The notes under the pieces: model-generated
What the model saw: only the letters and a program-made list of their open reading frames with translations
What the model was told of the DNA's origin: nothing
Database searches by the model: none
Shown: one piece after another, positions 27,976-38,588 of the stretch
Numbering within the stretch: position 1 is the first letter of the stretch
How the letters are laid out: each line of letters starts with the position of its first letter
NCBI GenBank assembly: GCA_050011875.1
Contig: JBEKIG010000017.1
Location: 1 to 52,900 of the forward strand
Direction of reading: 5' to 3'
Length of the DNA: 52,900 nt
From: Nitrososphaeria archaeon
GTDB lineage: Archaea > Thermoproteota > Nitrososphaeria > JACIWG01
Program-made: the position numbers and the translations under genes

Positions 27976-30551
27976 TAATTAAAAATATAACCTTAGAACA
28001 TATTCGCAGCTATAAGGAGCCTCCGCCAATTCAACTTACACTCGGAACAATGCTATTCGAAGGCGATGTAGGATCGGGGAAGTCAACCATACTTTTGGCC
28101 ATTGAGTTCGCGCTGTTCGGCCTCGGCGACATAGACGGCAGATACCTGCTCAGGCATGGTGAGAGGACAGGTTTCGTCCTTTTAGATTTTGAAGTCAACG
28201 GTCGAGAATATAGGGTCTACCGATCCCTTGAACGTAAAGGGGACGGCGTCAACCAAAGGGAAGGCTACATCGTCGAAGATGGAGTAAGGACCGATTACGC
28301 TGTTGGCGAGATGAAAACGAGAGTTTTAGAGATACTTAATTTCAATGAACGCCCAAGGCCAAAGACGAGTTCGGTAATCTATAGGTATGCTATTTTCACC
28401 CCTCAGGAGACGATGAAGGAAGTCCTGCTGCAACCGGTCGAGCGGAGACTTGAGACGCTACGCAGGGCGTTCAAAATAGAGGATTACAGCACCGTGGCAA
28501 ACAATGCATCAATAATTCTTGTATGGTTGGACAAGGAAATTGCTATTCTATCCAGGCAGACCCAAGATATTGAAGAGAAGATATCGGAACTAGATGGGGA
28601 GAACAGGAAGAATGATGAACATAACGGCAAACTTGAAGGGCTGTTGAAGGAATCAGAAGAGATTAAAGAGGAGCAGGGAAAAATTCTAGAAGCTATAGAA
28701 AAGCTACAGGTCAGGAAAGAGTCCGTTCAAAGACTTGAGACGGAGCTCCCTCTGCTGGAAAAGGATGTACAGGGTAAGGTCAAGCTTAGAAAAGAAACTG
28801 AAAAAAGGATTGAACAGCTGAAAAAAGAACTTGCCGAGATAAAGGAAGCTGAAGAACTTTTAGCAACCGTTGAGCCTCAGTACAAAGAATACAGTTCAAA
28901 GAAGACAAGACTTGAAGAAATAGAACCTTCAGTGGATAAGTATCAAAGGCTGATCGGAGAGAAAGAGAAACTTTCGGAAGTTATCGAAAAGGAAGCGCAA
29001 CATCTTAAAGATGAAATTAGGAAGGTTCAAAAAGAATTAGATGACCTATTAAAGAAGATCTTCAATCAGAAACCAGCAACCCTTGAAATTCCCAAGCTGG
29101 AAAAAACTGAGGGGGAAATTGTGAAAGAGGTTAGTGAGCTTCAATCGATTTCAAAAAGACTAGTATCACTTGTGCAAATCCAATCAAGGCTGCAGCAAGA
29201 TATCAGAAACAAACAAGAAGATTCAGGACAGTTAGAGGTTGAGTGGGACGAATTAAAGAAGATAGGTATCGGTGCCCCTTGCCCGAAGTGTAAGCAAAAA
29301 CTGACTGAACGGCACTACGATAAAGTCGAGCAAGGCTACAAAAGCCAATTGGAAACGTTGGCCAATAAAATCGAAGAATTAAGTAAGAAGGAAATGGAAC
29401 TTGGGAAGCAAACATCCGAACTTACAGTGAAAGAGAGCGAACTCCAAGGAAGGAAAGACCAACTTGGCGAAATCAGACAAAAATTAGCAGCATTGAAAAA
29501 ACAGGAAGAATCGATCGCAGAAAAGGAGAATGAATATCGTCAGAAAGAAGAGCTAGTGGATAAGGTTAGGAAATCACTTGCAGAAGGGAGTTATTCTCAG
29601 GGAGAACGGGAAAAACTTGCACAGACAGTTGTGGAGCTTGAAGGGTTAGCCCCACTGGAAAAAGAGTATGATAAAATCAGGGCAGAAATAAAGGGTTATG
29701 AAAAGGAAAACATAGAAGAGAAATATCATAGGAGCAGCGAGAAGATCAGTAAGAAGGACACCGTAAGCGACGAACTGAAGGAAAGTCAGAGTAAGGTCGA
29801 ATCGCTGGAAAAGGAAATCAAGGCCAAGGCTGAGGAACTTAATCAAAAGAAGGCGTCGTACGACGCAGAGAAAGGTGTGCTACAGGAGATTAAGCAGCTG
29901 GATGATTCTAAGAAAGAGGTCGAAGAAAAGCGCGAAAAAAAGAATATCGAGATTGCAGCCAAGAAAAAGGATATTGAAAATTCAGAAAAAGAGATCAAGC
30001 GTATCGGAGGGGAGATAGAAATTAGAAAGGGACAGGTGCTAAAACATGATGCCCTCGGACAGTATAAATTGTGGTTAAACGATTTCTTCATACCCGCTGT
30101 GAAGACGATAGAAAGCCATGTGATGGCGAACATCAATGATGAATTTAATACACTTTTCCAGAGATGGTTCGGCTATTTACTGGAGACGGGAGATATCGCC
30201 GTCAGGGTTGACGACAACTTTACCCCACTGATCGAACAGAACGGCTACGAAATAGATGTCGCAAGCCTGAGCGGCGGCGAAAAGACATCCGTAGCCTTGG
30301 CCTACCGACTCGCCCTGAACGTTATGGTAAAGAAAGTGTGTCAGGCTATGTCCAGCAACCTGCTGATTCTAGATGAACCCACGGATGGATTCAGCAGGGA
30401 GCAGCTGTTCAGGCTCAGGGATATCCTGAGCGAGCTAAAATGCGAACAGGTCATTATGGTTTCCCATGAGAGGGAACTAGAGGGTTTCGTGGACAAGATA
30501 TACAGGATAAGAAAGGAAGCTGGAGAATCGAAAATAGAGACAATAGCTTAA
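27972..30551 (+). CDS. rad50: Rad50 ATPase
   Basis: Walker A GDVGSGKS, long coiled coil with Zn-hook CPKC, signature LSGGE, Walker B LDEPT and H-loop SH. Confidence 0.95.
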   Translation: MIIKNITLEHIRSYKEPPPIQLTLGTMLFEGDVGSGKSTILLAIEFALFGLGDIDGRYLLRHGERTGFVLLDFEVNGREYRVYRSLERKGDGVNQREGYIVEDGVRTDYAVGEMKTRVLEILNFNERPRPKTSSVIYRYAIFTPQETMKEVLLQPVERRLETLRRAFKIEDYSTVANNASIILVWLDKEIAILSRQTQDIEEKISELDGENRKNDEHNGKLEGLLKESEEIKEEQGKILEAIEKLQVRKESVQRLETELPLLEKDVQGKVKLRKETEKRIEQLKKELAEIKEAEELLATVEPQYKEYSSKKTRLEEIEPSVDKYQRLIGEKEKLSEVIEKEAQHLKDEIRKVQKELDDLLKKIFNQKPATLEIPKLEKTEGEIVKEVSELQSISKRLVSLVQIQSRLQQDIRNKQEDSGQLEVEWDELKKIGIGAPCPKCKQKLTERHYDKVEQGYKSQLETLANKIEELSKKEMELGKQTSELTVKESELQGRKDQLGEIRQKLAALKKQEESIAEKENEYRQKEELVDKVRKSLAEGSYSQGEREKLAQTVVELEGLAPLEKEYDKIRAEIKGYEKENIEEKYHRSSEKISKKDTVSDELKESQSKVESLEKEIKAKAEELNQKKASYDAEKGVLQEIKQLDDSKKEVEEKREKKNIEIAAKKKDIENSEKEIKRIGGEIEIRKGQVLKHDALGQYKLWLNDFFIPAVKTIESHVMANINDEFNTLFQRWFGYLLETGDIAVRVDDNFTPLIEQNGYEIDVASLSGGEKTSVALAYRLALNVMVKKVCQAMSSNLLILDEPTDGFSREQLFRLRDILSELKCEQVIMVSHERELEGFVDKIYRIRKEAGESKIETIA

Positions 30552-30816
30552 GAAAAAGATATATTATTCGTGGAAAATGGCGTCTCTGAAACTCCTAAGT
30601 ATATTATTAGCTAAGCCTTATTCATTATTTATCTATCAAAACTTTTCCTATTCTTTCACGTTAGCAAAAAAATGAATGAAAATCAAAGATTTATTTGAAG
30701 GCTCGGGAGCTTCTGTACTCGAAACAGCCTCGCCCCAAAGAGTCTCCTGAAAGTCAGCCCGAAGCAGATCAAAGCAAACCTTTACAGCATAGATACTCGT
30801 AGCAGGGTGGTCTTGC

Positions 30817-31230
30817 ATGAGTGACTCCGACAATAAAGAGACGTACTATGCGACTCTGGGCCTTTCTTCGGATGCTACCTTGGATCAGGTAAAATCGCGG
30901 TACAGGGAACTCAACGATGCGTATCTCAAGATACTCGAGCTGTCGCGAAGCAGCATAAAGACAGGTAAGCCCCGCCAGCCCACCAAAGCTGCTGACAAGG
31001 CCGTCCAGCATGGATCGCAGGAGGTGACAAATCCGCCTCGGCAGGGGACCCGCACAGAGCCAATAGACGAGATCAAGGCAAGCTTTGCAAAGGGAGAGAT
31101 AGAGAAGGCTGAATTCGAGAAACTGGCAAGAGAGCGCTACAACTACCTCGAGAACAAGCCATTCAGCGAGTTATCGGATTCGGAGTTCGAAGAGAGGCTT
31201 CATGGGTTCAAAGGGCTGAAGTTTCTATAG
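30817..31230 (+). CDS. Small protein with a truncated J-domain-like N-terminus (no HPD) and SHOCT-like C-terminus
   Basis: YYATLGLSSDATLDQVKSRYRELNDAY and IDEIKASFAKGEIEKAEFEK. GGGTGG upstream of the ATG. Confidence 0.7.
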   Translation: MSDSDNKETYYATLGLSSDATLDQVKSRYRELNDAYLKILELSRSSIKTGKPRQPTKAADKAVQHGSQEVTNPPRQGTRTEPIDEIKASFAKGEIEKAEFEKLARERYNYLENKPFSELSDSEFEERLHGFKGLKFL

Positions 31231-31593
31231 ACGTTGTGCATGATTTGGAATAAACATAAATTCGACAATCCTAAAACAAAGCGCACAACTTTTAGGATTT
31301 ACGACCATATGTCGTCAAGTCACTTTAGGAAAATCCGAAGCATATCTGGACTATATATAAGGAATGATTCCAAACTTCCCGTAATGATCACCAGAATCCT
31401 TTTTGTTGTAATAAATGTTCCTGCGTTTTCTAACTTAAATAGGATGTTCAATTAAACACCGAAAGGATAATACTGATATTAACCTTACATCCTAAATCTA
31501 CAATACTTGAACTTATGCAAAGGCACCCTTCTAGTTTATTATTAGCTGCAAGCTATCCAATCCCATCTCTGGTGTGAACATTAAAATAACTAA

Positions 31594-31908
31594 ATGCTGA
31601 ATCATCAGATCATGAATAACAAGAAGTTGTTTGCCGTGGCGGTAGAGGTCGGGAGTATCGCTCTTTCGTTTTACGGCTTCGCTAGTGCACTGTACTGGTA
31701 TTGGATATTCTTGCAATCAGCTCCTGCTCAGAGCATCAGCTCCAACGCTCTTGTGCTTCAGGGCGTCCCTCTTTCTCACATCATCGAGAACCTTTTGACA
31801 ATAGCTCTGGGCGGCTTCATTCACACTGTACACAGGGTTTGGCCTGAGATTCTAGACCTTTTCAAACGCGCCGGGCGGGGAGTTGAGTCTGAAGTGAAAC
31901 GCGTGTGA
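31594..31908 (+). CDS. Small two-helix membrane protein (start may be 31612)
   Basis: Two hydrophobic segments in a 104-aa ORF. Confidence 0.55.
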   Translation: MLNHQIMNNKKLFAVAVEVGSIALSFYGFASALYWYWIFLQSAPAQSISSNALVLQGVPLSHIIENLLTIALGGFIHTVHRVWPEILDLFKRAGRGVESEVKRV

Positions 31909-32564
31909 CTAATTTGCTCCGACCCCTTTGAAGCTAAGAATCTCGAGAATGAATATGGCCGCGCAGGGTTCCAAGCGGATATACGGATAGGTCCCTTCCG
32001 ACTTGAACCTCGAGGTTACACATGTTAGCCAATCCTGCAGCTTGATAGCTGCCAACGGGGCAAAGGGTGGAGCATTAATACCAAGGTTGATACTTGTCTA
32101 GTGGGATTGCTTGAAAATGATAGTATCTAATCAGACTTCACACCTTAACAATAGTTATTGGTTAAAATTCAAATTCAAGTAACATCTTTTTATAGGATAG
32201 ATTTGGACACAAATATTTGGGCTCAAACATCAGAAAGTTATTAAACGCAGGGCATTCAATTAGCCGAGAAGAATCTTTATTATCGGCTGTCAGCTTTGAG
32301 CAGAGCTTTAAAATATTCTGATGATGAGCCAGTTCGCAAAGAATGGAAGAGGAAAAAATTAAAAGAGTTATGACTCTATGATTTTTTTCTAGGAAATGTC
32401 CACTTTCATTCAAACAAAATACTTTTTGAATAATGGCGTTGTCGTACACAGGGATAGACTAGTGAGTTTTGAGCTCTCTTTACGTGATGCTGGCATTCAA
32501 TAATGGCTCAGAGATCCCAGTCTTTTCTTACTACATCACGGAAGCTTATCTCATATAAAACCGT

Positions 32565-33746
32565 TCATCTCGAATGAACTGTTAAAGCTACTATTGCGCC
32601 ACTGAACGCAAAAATGGACATGCAAAAAAAAGTCGAAGCTAGAGACTGAGTTGTCTGTAGAACATATCCCACTATCGGAGCTGTCAGCAAGATTCCTACG
32701 TTTTGCCATAACGTGAAGACGCCGAAGCCCATATCAGCCGATTTCGGAGGCAAAGTCTGGGCTGTTATTGCCATAACAAGAGGTGGCACCCCTCCAGCCG
32801 ATGCACCAAGAATTATGATGGAAACCGCCAGAGACAGCCCACTCGTGTAAGTGATGGCGTACAAGCTAAGAGCCATAAAGATCGGACCTGCGATTAGGAA
32901 GGGTTTACGTCTTTCCAGTTTGTCCGAAGCCCACCCGCAAAGAGGCACGAAAAAGAAGTTTGCAATCATGACTAGACTCGAGAGAATGCTGGCGTACACC
33001 GGCGTCAAGCCCTTGAACGTGACGAAGAGCTCAGGCGCCCACGTTAGAAAGCCAATCATAACCATGTTAAAGAGCATCCAAACGACACTAACCTTCCAGA
33101 CTTCGTGGTTCGTAAGCGCCTGCCAAGCATCTGGAAGCTTAGCTGTTGAATCGCCTTTTGATGGGCCGTCTCTAACAATTAGCCAGAAAAGTATCGCCGA
33201 CAACGTTGAAATGAAGGCTCCCAAGTAAAACAGAGATTGCCAACCGGAAACTTGGGCTAAGATTGGTGCGGTGAAAAAGGCTACTATCGTTCCTACAGGC
33301 ATTCCTACTGCGAAAACGCTCATAGCCATTCCCATTTCCTTGTGCTCAAACCACTGTGGAACAATCGACGGCGTGCCGACCGAAAGCAAGCCTCCTCCTA
33401 AGCCTATTATGAATCTTCCCAAGAGGGCCACAGGAAAGCTTGATGAAAGCGCCATAATCAAGCTGCCAATGCCAACCGTCAAGGTTGCCAAGAATCCAAG
33501 TTTTCGAAAGCTGTACTTTCCAATTAGTATTCCTGCCGGTAATGCTAAAATAATCCCTGGAATCACAGCCATGGACATCAAGAGCCCAGCCGTCGTAGCA
33601 TCTATACCGAAAATACCTTGAAATTGTATTAGCAGAGGCGGCACCGATTGAAGAGCATACGCATACATTATAAAGGCAAACAGAGAAGAGAACAACACTG
33701 CCCACCGATAACGAGAAATAGGTTGCTGATTTTCGGCTGCGGTCAT
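32565..33746 (-). CDS. MFS transporter
   Basis: About 12 hydrophobic segments, with GILIGKYSFR and GWASDKLERR loop motifs and GRFIIGLG. Confidence 0.93.
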   Translation of the reverse strand: MTAAENQQPISRYRWAVLFSSLFAFIMYAYALQSVPPLLIQFQGIFGIDATTAGLLMSMAVIPGIILALPAGILIGKYSFRKLGFLATLTVGIGSLIMALSSSFPVALLGRFIIGLGGGLLSVGTPSIVPQWFEHKEMGMAMSVFAVGMPVGTIVAFFTAPILAQVSGWQSLFYLGAFISTLSAILFWLIVRDGPSKGDSTAKLPDAWQALTNHEVWKVSVVWMLFNMVMIGFLTWAPELFVTFKGLTPVYASILSSLVMIANFFFVPLCGWASDKLERRKPFLIAGPIFMALSLYAITYTSGLSLAVSIIILGASAGGVPPLVMAITAQTLPPKSADMGFGVFTLWQNVGILLTAPIVGYVLQTTQSLASTFFCMSIFAFSGAIVALTVHSR

Positions 33747-33768
33747 CTTACATTGTTCACCGAATGTA

Positions 33769-34026
33769 TCAATTTACATTTCCCCAAAAAATGAAAATAA
33801 GATGACGCCCTTGGCCCCGAACACCAGCGTGCCTCCACGCAGAGCGACACCCAGTGATAGAAGTAGTGAGGGTAGGCCACTGAACGTTCCCGTGATCTCG
33901 ATTTGGGTGGCGCCAGACGTCGCCGCTGCGGTCAACTCGGCAACACTCTATATCTGTGTTCACGATGTCATTCGAAAACATACCGTCGGCTCGCTTAGCA
34001 TCTTCATAAACGTTGGAGAAAGCCAT
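33769..34026 (-). pseudogene. Chimeric gene remnant
   Basis: Starts MAFSNVYEDAKRA after a GAG-rich RBS, then turns GC-rich. Another frame there reads TQI*SVAELTAAATSGATQIEITGTFSGLPSLLLSLGVALRGGTLVFGAKGV before ending in AT-rich DNA. Confidence 0.4.
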
Positions 34027-34250
34027 AGTCTCCTATCTCAACTCTCATTGTAAACTTTCTCCAATTAGAGGGACCTTATATATTTTAAGAAGTGGTCTTC
34101 GGGAAACTAAAAAACACTGGGCTAATCGAGGAAAAGGAGGAGAAATATTCGCTATCTCAAAATGGAGTACAATAGTTCAAGATAAAGCCAACTAAAATTT
34201 ATATAATATGACAAATGACAAACGGCAATTGAAAGAATTCACATGTTTCG

Positions 34251-35180
34251 GTGATTATGGTGATTGATGCTGAAAATTTGACGAAGAAATTTGGTAATCT
34301 TACTGCTGTAGAAGACCTAACTTTCCATGTTGATGGGGGGGAGGTCTTTGGATTTCTGGGGCCCAACGGAGCGGGAAAGACCACCACGGTCAGGATGCTC
34401 TGCTGTCTGATATCAAAAACTAGCGGAACTGCCAGGATAGCAGACTACGAAGTGGGCAAAGACGCAGACTCCTTGAAGATCAGAAAGATCATCGGACTCG
34501 TTCCTGACAACGTAGGCCTCTACGACGACCTGACCGCTTACGATAACCTTGACTTCTACGGGAAGATTTATGACCGCACAGAGGCCCAAAGGAAAGAGAA
34601 CATCGAACGGTTCCTCAAGATGCTGGGTCTTTGGGAGAAAAGGGATGTCGCTGCCGGAACGTTTTCCAAGGGAATGAAGCAGAAACTTGCGATAGCACGC
34701 GCCCTCATTCATGATCCTGAAGTATTGTTCTTGGACGAGCCAACAGTCAACTTAGACCCAGAATCGTCAAAAACTGTGAGGGACTTCATTCTTGAGCTGA
34801 AGAAGGAGAAGAAGACCATTTTTCTGAATACTCACAACTTGGACGAAGCGCAAAGGATCTGTGATAGGATTGCGATACTCAACACCAAGCTGATGGCGAT
34901 AGGAACTCCCGAAGCACTTGAGACGTCGGTCCAGGGTAGGAAATCCGTAATTCGGTTAGTCGAAGTAACTGATGCGATCCTGAACGCGCTGCAGAAACTT
35001 TCGCTTAAGAACCTGACCCGCGATGGAAACACACTGACGATTGACGTGGTAGATCCTGACAAGGAAAATCCGTCCATTTTGGACACGATATTCCGAGCTG
35101 GCGGCCACGTTCAATCCGTAACCGTGCTCGGTTCGACGCTAGAGGATGCGTACCTGAAGTTGGTTAGGGAAGCCAAATGA
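34251..35180 (+). CDS. ABC-2 type transporter ATP-binding subunit
   Basis: GPNGAGKTT, FSKGMKQK, LDEPT and NTH. Confidence 0.95.
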   Translation: MIMVIDAENLTKKFGNLTAVEDLTFHVDGGEVFGFLGPNGAGKTTTVRMLCCLISKTSGTARIADYEVGKDADSLKIRKIIGLVPDNVGLYDDLTAYDNLDFYGKIYDRTEAQRKENIERFLKMLGLWEKRDVAAGTFSKGMKQKLAIARALIHDPEVLFLDEPTVNLDPESSKTVRDFILELKKEKKTIFLNTHNLDEAQRICDRIAILNTKLMAIGTPEALETSVQGRKSVIRLVEVTDAILNALQKLSLKNLTRDGNTLTIDVVDPDKENPSILDTIFRAGGHVQSVTVLGSTLEDAYLKLVREAK

Positions 35181-35923
35181 GACTCTCGAAGTCATGGATC
35201 ATCGCGTCGAAGGACTTCAAGATATTCTTTAAGAAGAAGAACATCATCTATTCTATCCTCGTCGTCCCCCTTATTATCTCATTTCTTTTTCCGGCTCTGA
35301 TCGAGTTTGAGTTGGGAAAGAATGGGGGAAACGGTATTCCGGCGGCGGAACTCCCAATACTTCTGCCCGCGTTTACTTTCTTCTACCTTATCCTCGCAGG
35401 TATGGTTCCGACAACTATCGCATCCTACAGCTTGGTCGGCGAGAAAGTCGAAAAGAGCCTCGAGCCACTCCTGGCCACCCCCACGACCGATAGCGAAATC
35501 TTGCTCGGAAAGGGGATCGCAGCGTTCATACCGCCCATAGGGGCTATCTTAGGAGGCGCTACAATCTTCATGATTCTGATGGATGTGGTAACACATGGCA
35601 CATTGGGCTACTACTTTTTCCCTAACTGGAATGCAGCCATTGTCCTTTTTCTCATGGTCCCTCTCGCAATCATAATGAGTGTCGAATGGAACGTTATCGT
35701 CTCGGCAAGGGTGAGCGATGTACGGGTAGCGCAACAGATTGGAATTCTCTTGATGCTCCCCTTCGCAGGGATCTACGTCGCCGGTGAACTCGATCTAATA
35801 CAGCTCGGCATCACCAGCAACCTTCTAATCATCGCTGGCATTCTTTTGGTGGTTGACCTGCTTCTTCTTTACGTCGCCAGGGCCACATTCCGAAGAGAGG
35901 AGATATTAACAAAATGGAAGTAG
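35177..35923 (+). CDS. ABC-2 type transporter permease
   Basis: Six TM segments and GEKVEKSLEPLLATP. ATGA overlap with the ATPase gene. Confidence 0.92.
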   Translation: MRLSKSWIIASKDFKIFFKKKNIIYSILVVPLIISFLFPALIEFELGKNGGNGIPAAELPILLPAFTFFYLILAGMVPTTIASYSLVGEKVEKSLEPLLATPTTDSEILLGKGIAAFIPPIGAILGGATIFMILMDVVTHGTLGYYFFPNWNAAIVLFLMVPLAIIMSVEWNVIVSARVSDVRVAQQIGILLMLPFAGIYVAGELDLIQLGITSNLLIIAGILLVVDLLLLYVARATFRREEILTKWK

Positions 35924-35934
35924 ATGAGTTGGTT

Positions 35935-36064
35935 CCGCTATCTGCTTTAGTTACTAAGCCCTACGGTATCGGTGTTAACATAACATCTACACCGTATCCA
36001 CGTGTGGAGAGCCAGCAAGATCAAGCCATCCGAAGCAATCGGCCAGAATAGTGAGAGGGAGTGA
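35935..36064 (+). pseudogene. Remnant of an FtsX/MacB-type permease C-terminus
   Basis: With one frameshift at ~36001 it reads ...YP/VWRASKIKPSEAI, matching the YPAWRAS.L.P.EAL terminal motif. Confidence 0.45.
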
Positions 36065-36240
36065 AAAATACGCAAAATATGAAATTAAGATTCTTACTAA
36101 TGGGGGGCATCATCTCGGCTTTAGGCGCCATCCTACTTATTGTAAGGGGCCTCTCAGCAGCTCTCGTCGGTGTGCTCGCCGTAGGAATAGTGTTATTTGT
36201 GGTTCAATGATTAAGATAACCTGGACAAGAGGTTGAAAAA

Positions 36241-37428
36241 GTGAGTGAGTTGAAGATGCCTGAAAGGATCAAATTCTTGGCTTTTGAAGCCAGTGAGATT
36301 GGTGGAATGATTGTCAAAAACAGGTTAGTTAGATCTGCTACCTATGAGCATATGGCTTCTGAAGGTGGTAGCGTTACAGACGAACTCATAAAATTGTATA
36401 GGACTCTGGCTGAAGGTGGAGTTGGATTAATAATCACAGGTGCTGCTTATGTGCAACTTAGTGGTAAGTCTGTTCCTTGCCTGACGGGGATATACAGAGA
36501 CGATCTAATTCCAGGGTTGAGAAAAATCGCAGAAACAGTCCATGAACATGGCGATGGTTGCAAAGTTGCGATACAGCTGCTTCATTGTGGTCGTCAATCC
36601 TTTGTGTTAGAAAACACCATAGCCCCTTCTGCCGTTTTTGAACCTGTGGTTAAAAAAATGCCACGAGAAATGACGATTGAAGAAATAGAAGAGACAATAG
36701 AAGCTTTTGCAAAAGCAGCGAGGAGGGCAAAGGAGGCAGGGTTCGACGCCGTTCAACTCCACGCTGCCCATGGATACCTCTTGAGTGAGTTCCTGTCCCC
36801 TTACACTAACAGAAGGACAGATGAATACGGGGGCAGCACAGGAAACAGGACCAAAATCGTTGAAGATATTTACAAAAGGATCGTGGAAAATGTTGGAACG
36901 GATTTTCCCATTTTGATAAAGATTAACGTAGACGATTTCTTGGAAGGCGGAATAAACCTCAACGAGTCCAAAAAAATTGCAGAAAGGCTTTCAAAAACGG
37001 GGTTTGCAGCCATTGAAACCAGCGGATGCATGTGGGAAGTCACGACACGTAGTAAAGAAGAACTTGGTTGGGTACCAGCTATGTTACCTGAAAGCCGAAT
37101 AAATATCAGGTCTAAAGATAAGGAAGCCTACTATTTACCTTACGCCAGAGAAATCAGGAAAGTGATCGCTGCACCATTAATTCTGGTCGGTGGAATCAGA
37201 TCCCTTGACGTGATTGAAAACATACTGGGTGAAGGAAGCGTGGATTTCGTTGCCCTGTGCTGACCCTTGATTCGACAACCAGACCTTCCAAATAGATGGC
37301 TAAAGGAAATTGGAGGATTAACCGCTGACTGTATTTCATGTAACGGCTGTGTTCGCAGCACAATGGTGGGTGGCATCAGGTGTATCCCAGAGGAAAGAAG
37401 AAATAGAATACGAATCAAAGGTTCTTGA
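36241..37428 (+). pseudogene. NADH:flavin oxidoreductase (old yellow enzyme family) with in-frame TGA at 37261
   Basis: KNRLVRSAT, QLHAAHGYLLSEFLSP and RTDEYGGS. The frame continues past TGA as PLIRQPDLPNRW...CISCNGC...IRC to a stop at 37428. Confidence 0.88.
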
Positions 37429-37505
37429 AAACCTTAACAGAGAGTGGCTTGAACTATGCAGATGGAGAATTAGTGAAAAGAAATTTGAAATAGAATACTG
37501 ACAAA

Positions 37506-37901
37506 TCACGTTGTAATTGTACCTGCGTTAATCTTTTTAGCGGTATTGTAAGCATCGTAGATATTGTAAACCCAGAGAACAAAGTATAGCACGAACCCAA
37601 TTAGTACAATCGTCAAGATAAGACATACTACTCCAGCTATAATGAACCATATTCCCTTACCGATTTGCCCATTGTAAATCTGTCCCAGACCAACGAATAT
37701 CAAAGAAAGTACAGCTGCGACTCCTTCATTTTTCTTTGGAGTTGAAACTGAGTAAGGGGTAACAGGCGGCCGAGGAATGGTTTGTGGAGGAGCCTCTACT
37801 CTTACACCACATTTTGGGCATATTTCAGCCCTTGCGTCTATTTCTGCACCACAGTATCTACAGAATTTAGTACTTCTCTCACTAGCTGTTCCTGACATCA
37901 T
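37506..37901 (-). CDS. Zinc-ribbon plus TM2-domain membrane protein
   Basis: FCRYCG...ICPKCG and KNEGVAAVLSLIFVGLGQIYNGQIGKG. ATG at 37901/37898 lies ~20 bp downstream of a TTATATAT box, so the ORF-track start is probably too long. Confidence 0.88.
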   Translation of the reverse strand: MMSGTASERSTKFCRYCGAEIDARAEICPKCGVRVEAPPQTIPRPPVTPYSVSTPKKNEGVAAVLSLIFVGLGQIYNGQIGKGIWFIIAGVVCLILTIVLIGFVLYFVLWVYNIYDAYNTAKKINAGTITT

Positions 37902-38048
37902 CTTAGAATAAATATTGAATAGATATATAAGGTTAAAGACTTGAGAACAAAAATATTTGGTACAAACTAATTTTTCGTAAAAGAATTTCAAATAATTCCG
38001 ATTAAAAACACTTTAAATAGAAAGTGCAAAATAAAAAACTGGCCTTCT

Positions 38049-38588
38049 TCAAGCGGTTATTGTCAGTATTTTCGGCTCCTTCCATTCTTCCCTGAGAATG
38101 CTGAAAATGAACATGTCTGTCAGTTCTCCCCAGATTAGAGCAATTTTTCTCAAGGTGCCTTCCCTTTTAAACCCAACTTTTTCTAGAACCTTCTGAGAAG
38201 CTACATTTTTGTAGTGAGTCGTCGCTTGTATTCGAGCAATGTCCTTCGAGAGAAACAGATAATCCACCATCAGCTGTGCAGCTTCAGTGCAATAGCCTTT
38301 CCCTCTCTCACTTGGAACAATACCATATCCTATTTCCTGCATTTTCGCATAGGGTTCAAGCATGTTAAAATGCAAAAAGTAGCCAATTTCACTTCCATCT
38401 TTCTTCTCGACGATAAAAACCTTCATTTCAAAAAGGGTACTCTCGTAGAACTTCTCAACCTCAGCCCTAGACATCTGTATCGGACTAAAGTATTCACCAG
38501 AGAATTCAATGCTGTTAAACCATTCGGTAAATAGTGGTAGGTCCTCTTTCTCCATTACCCTCAGATTCACATTCTTGCCTTCAAGCAA
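38049..38588 (-). CDS. GNAT acetyltransferase, RimJ/RimL family
   Basis: EIGYGIVPSERGKGYCTEA and NVASQKVLEKVGFKREG. Confidence 0.92.
   Translation of the reverse strand: MLEGKNVNLRVMEKEDLPLFTEWFNSIEFSGEYFSPIQMSRAEVEKFYESTLFEMKVFIVEKKDGSEIGYFLHFNMLEPYAKMQEIGYGIVPSERGKGYCTEAAQLMVDYLFLSKDIARIQATTHYKNVASQKVLEKVGFKREGTLRKIALIWGELTDMFIFSILREEWKEPKILTITA

Noticed and set aside
5510-30136. Many 60-145 aa ORFs antisense or nested within the large genes
   Set aside because: They overlap well-supported CDSs and have no domain signatures.
24034-30551. nurA-herA as a defence (Nezha/Sir2-HerA-type) or novel system; nurA-first gene order
   Set aside because: It is linked to mre11 and rad50 with all expected motifs, so it is the standard archaeal resection operon. 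Gene-order permutations are known.
31950-32050. GC-rich patch with GGTTCAAGTC on the minus strand as a tRNA
   Set aside because: I could not build a cloverleaf or acceptor stem. It is more likely decayed coding DNA.
31234-32449. ORFs 31234-31455, 31531-31716 and 32162-32449
   Set aside because: Non-ATG or weak starts and no motifs. Probably spurious or decayed.
37261-37263. Selenocysteine codon
   Set aside because: The position corresponds to a conserved Arg, not Cys.
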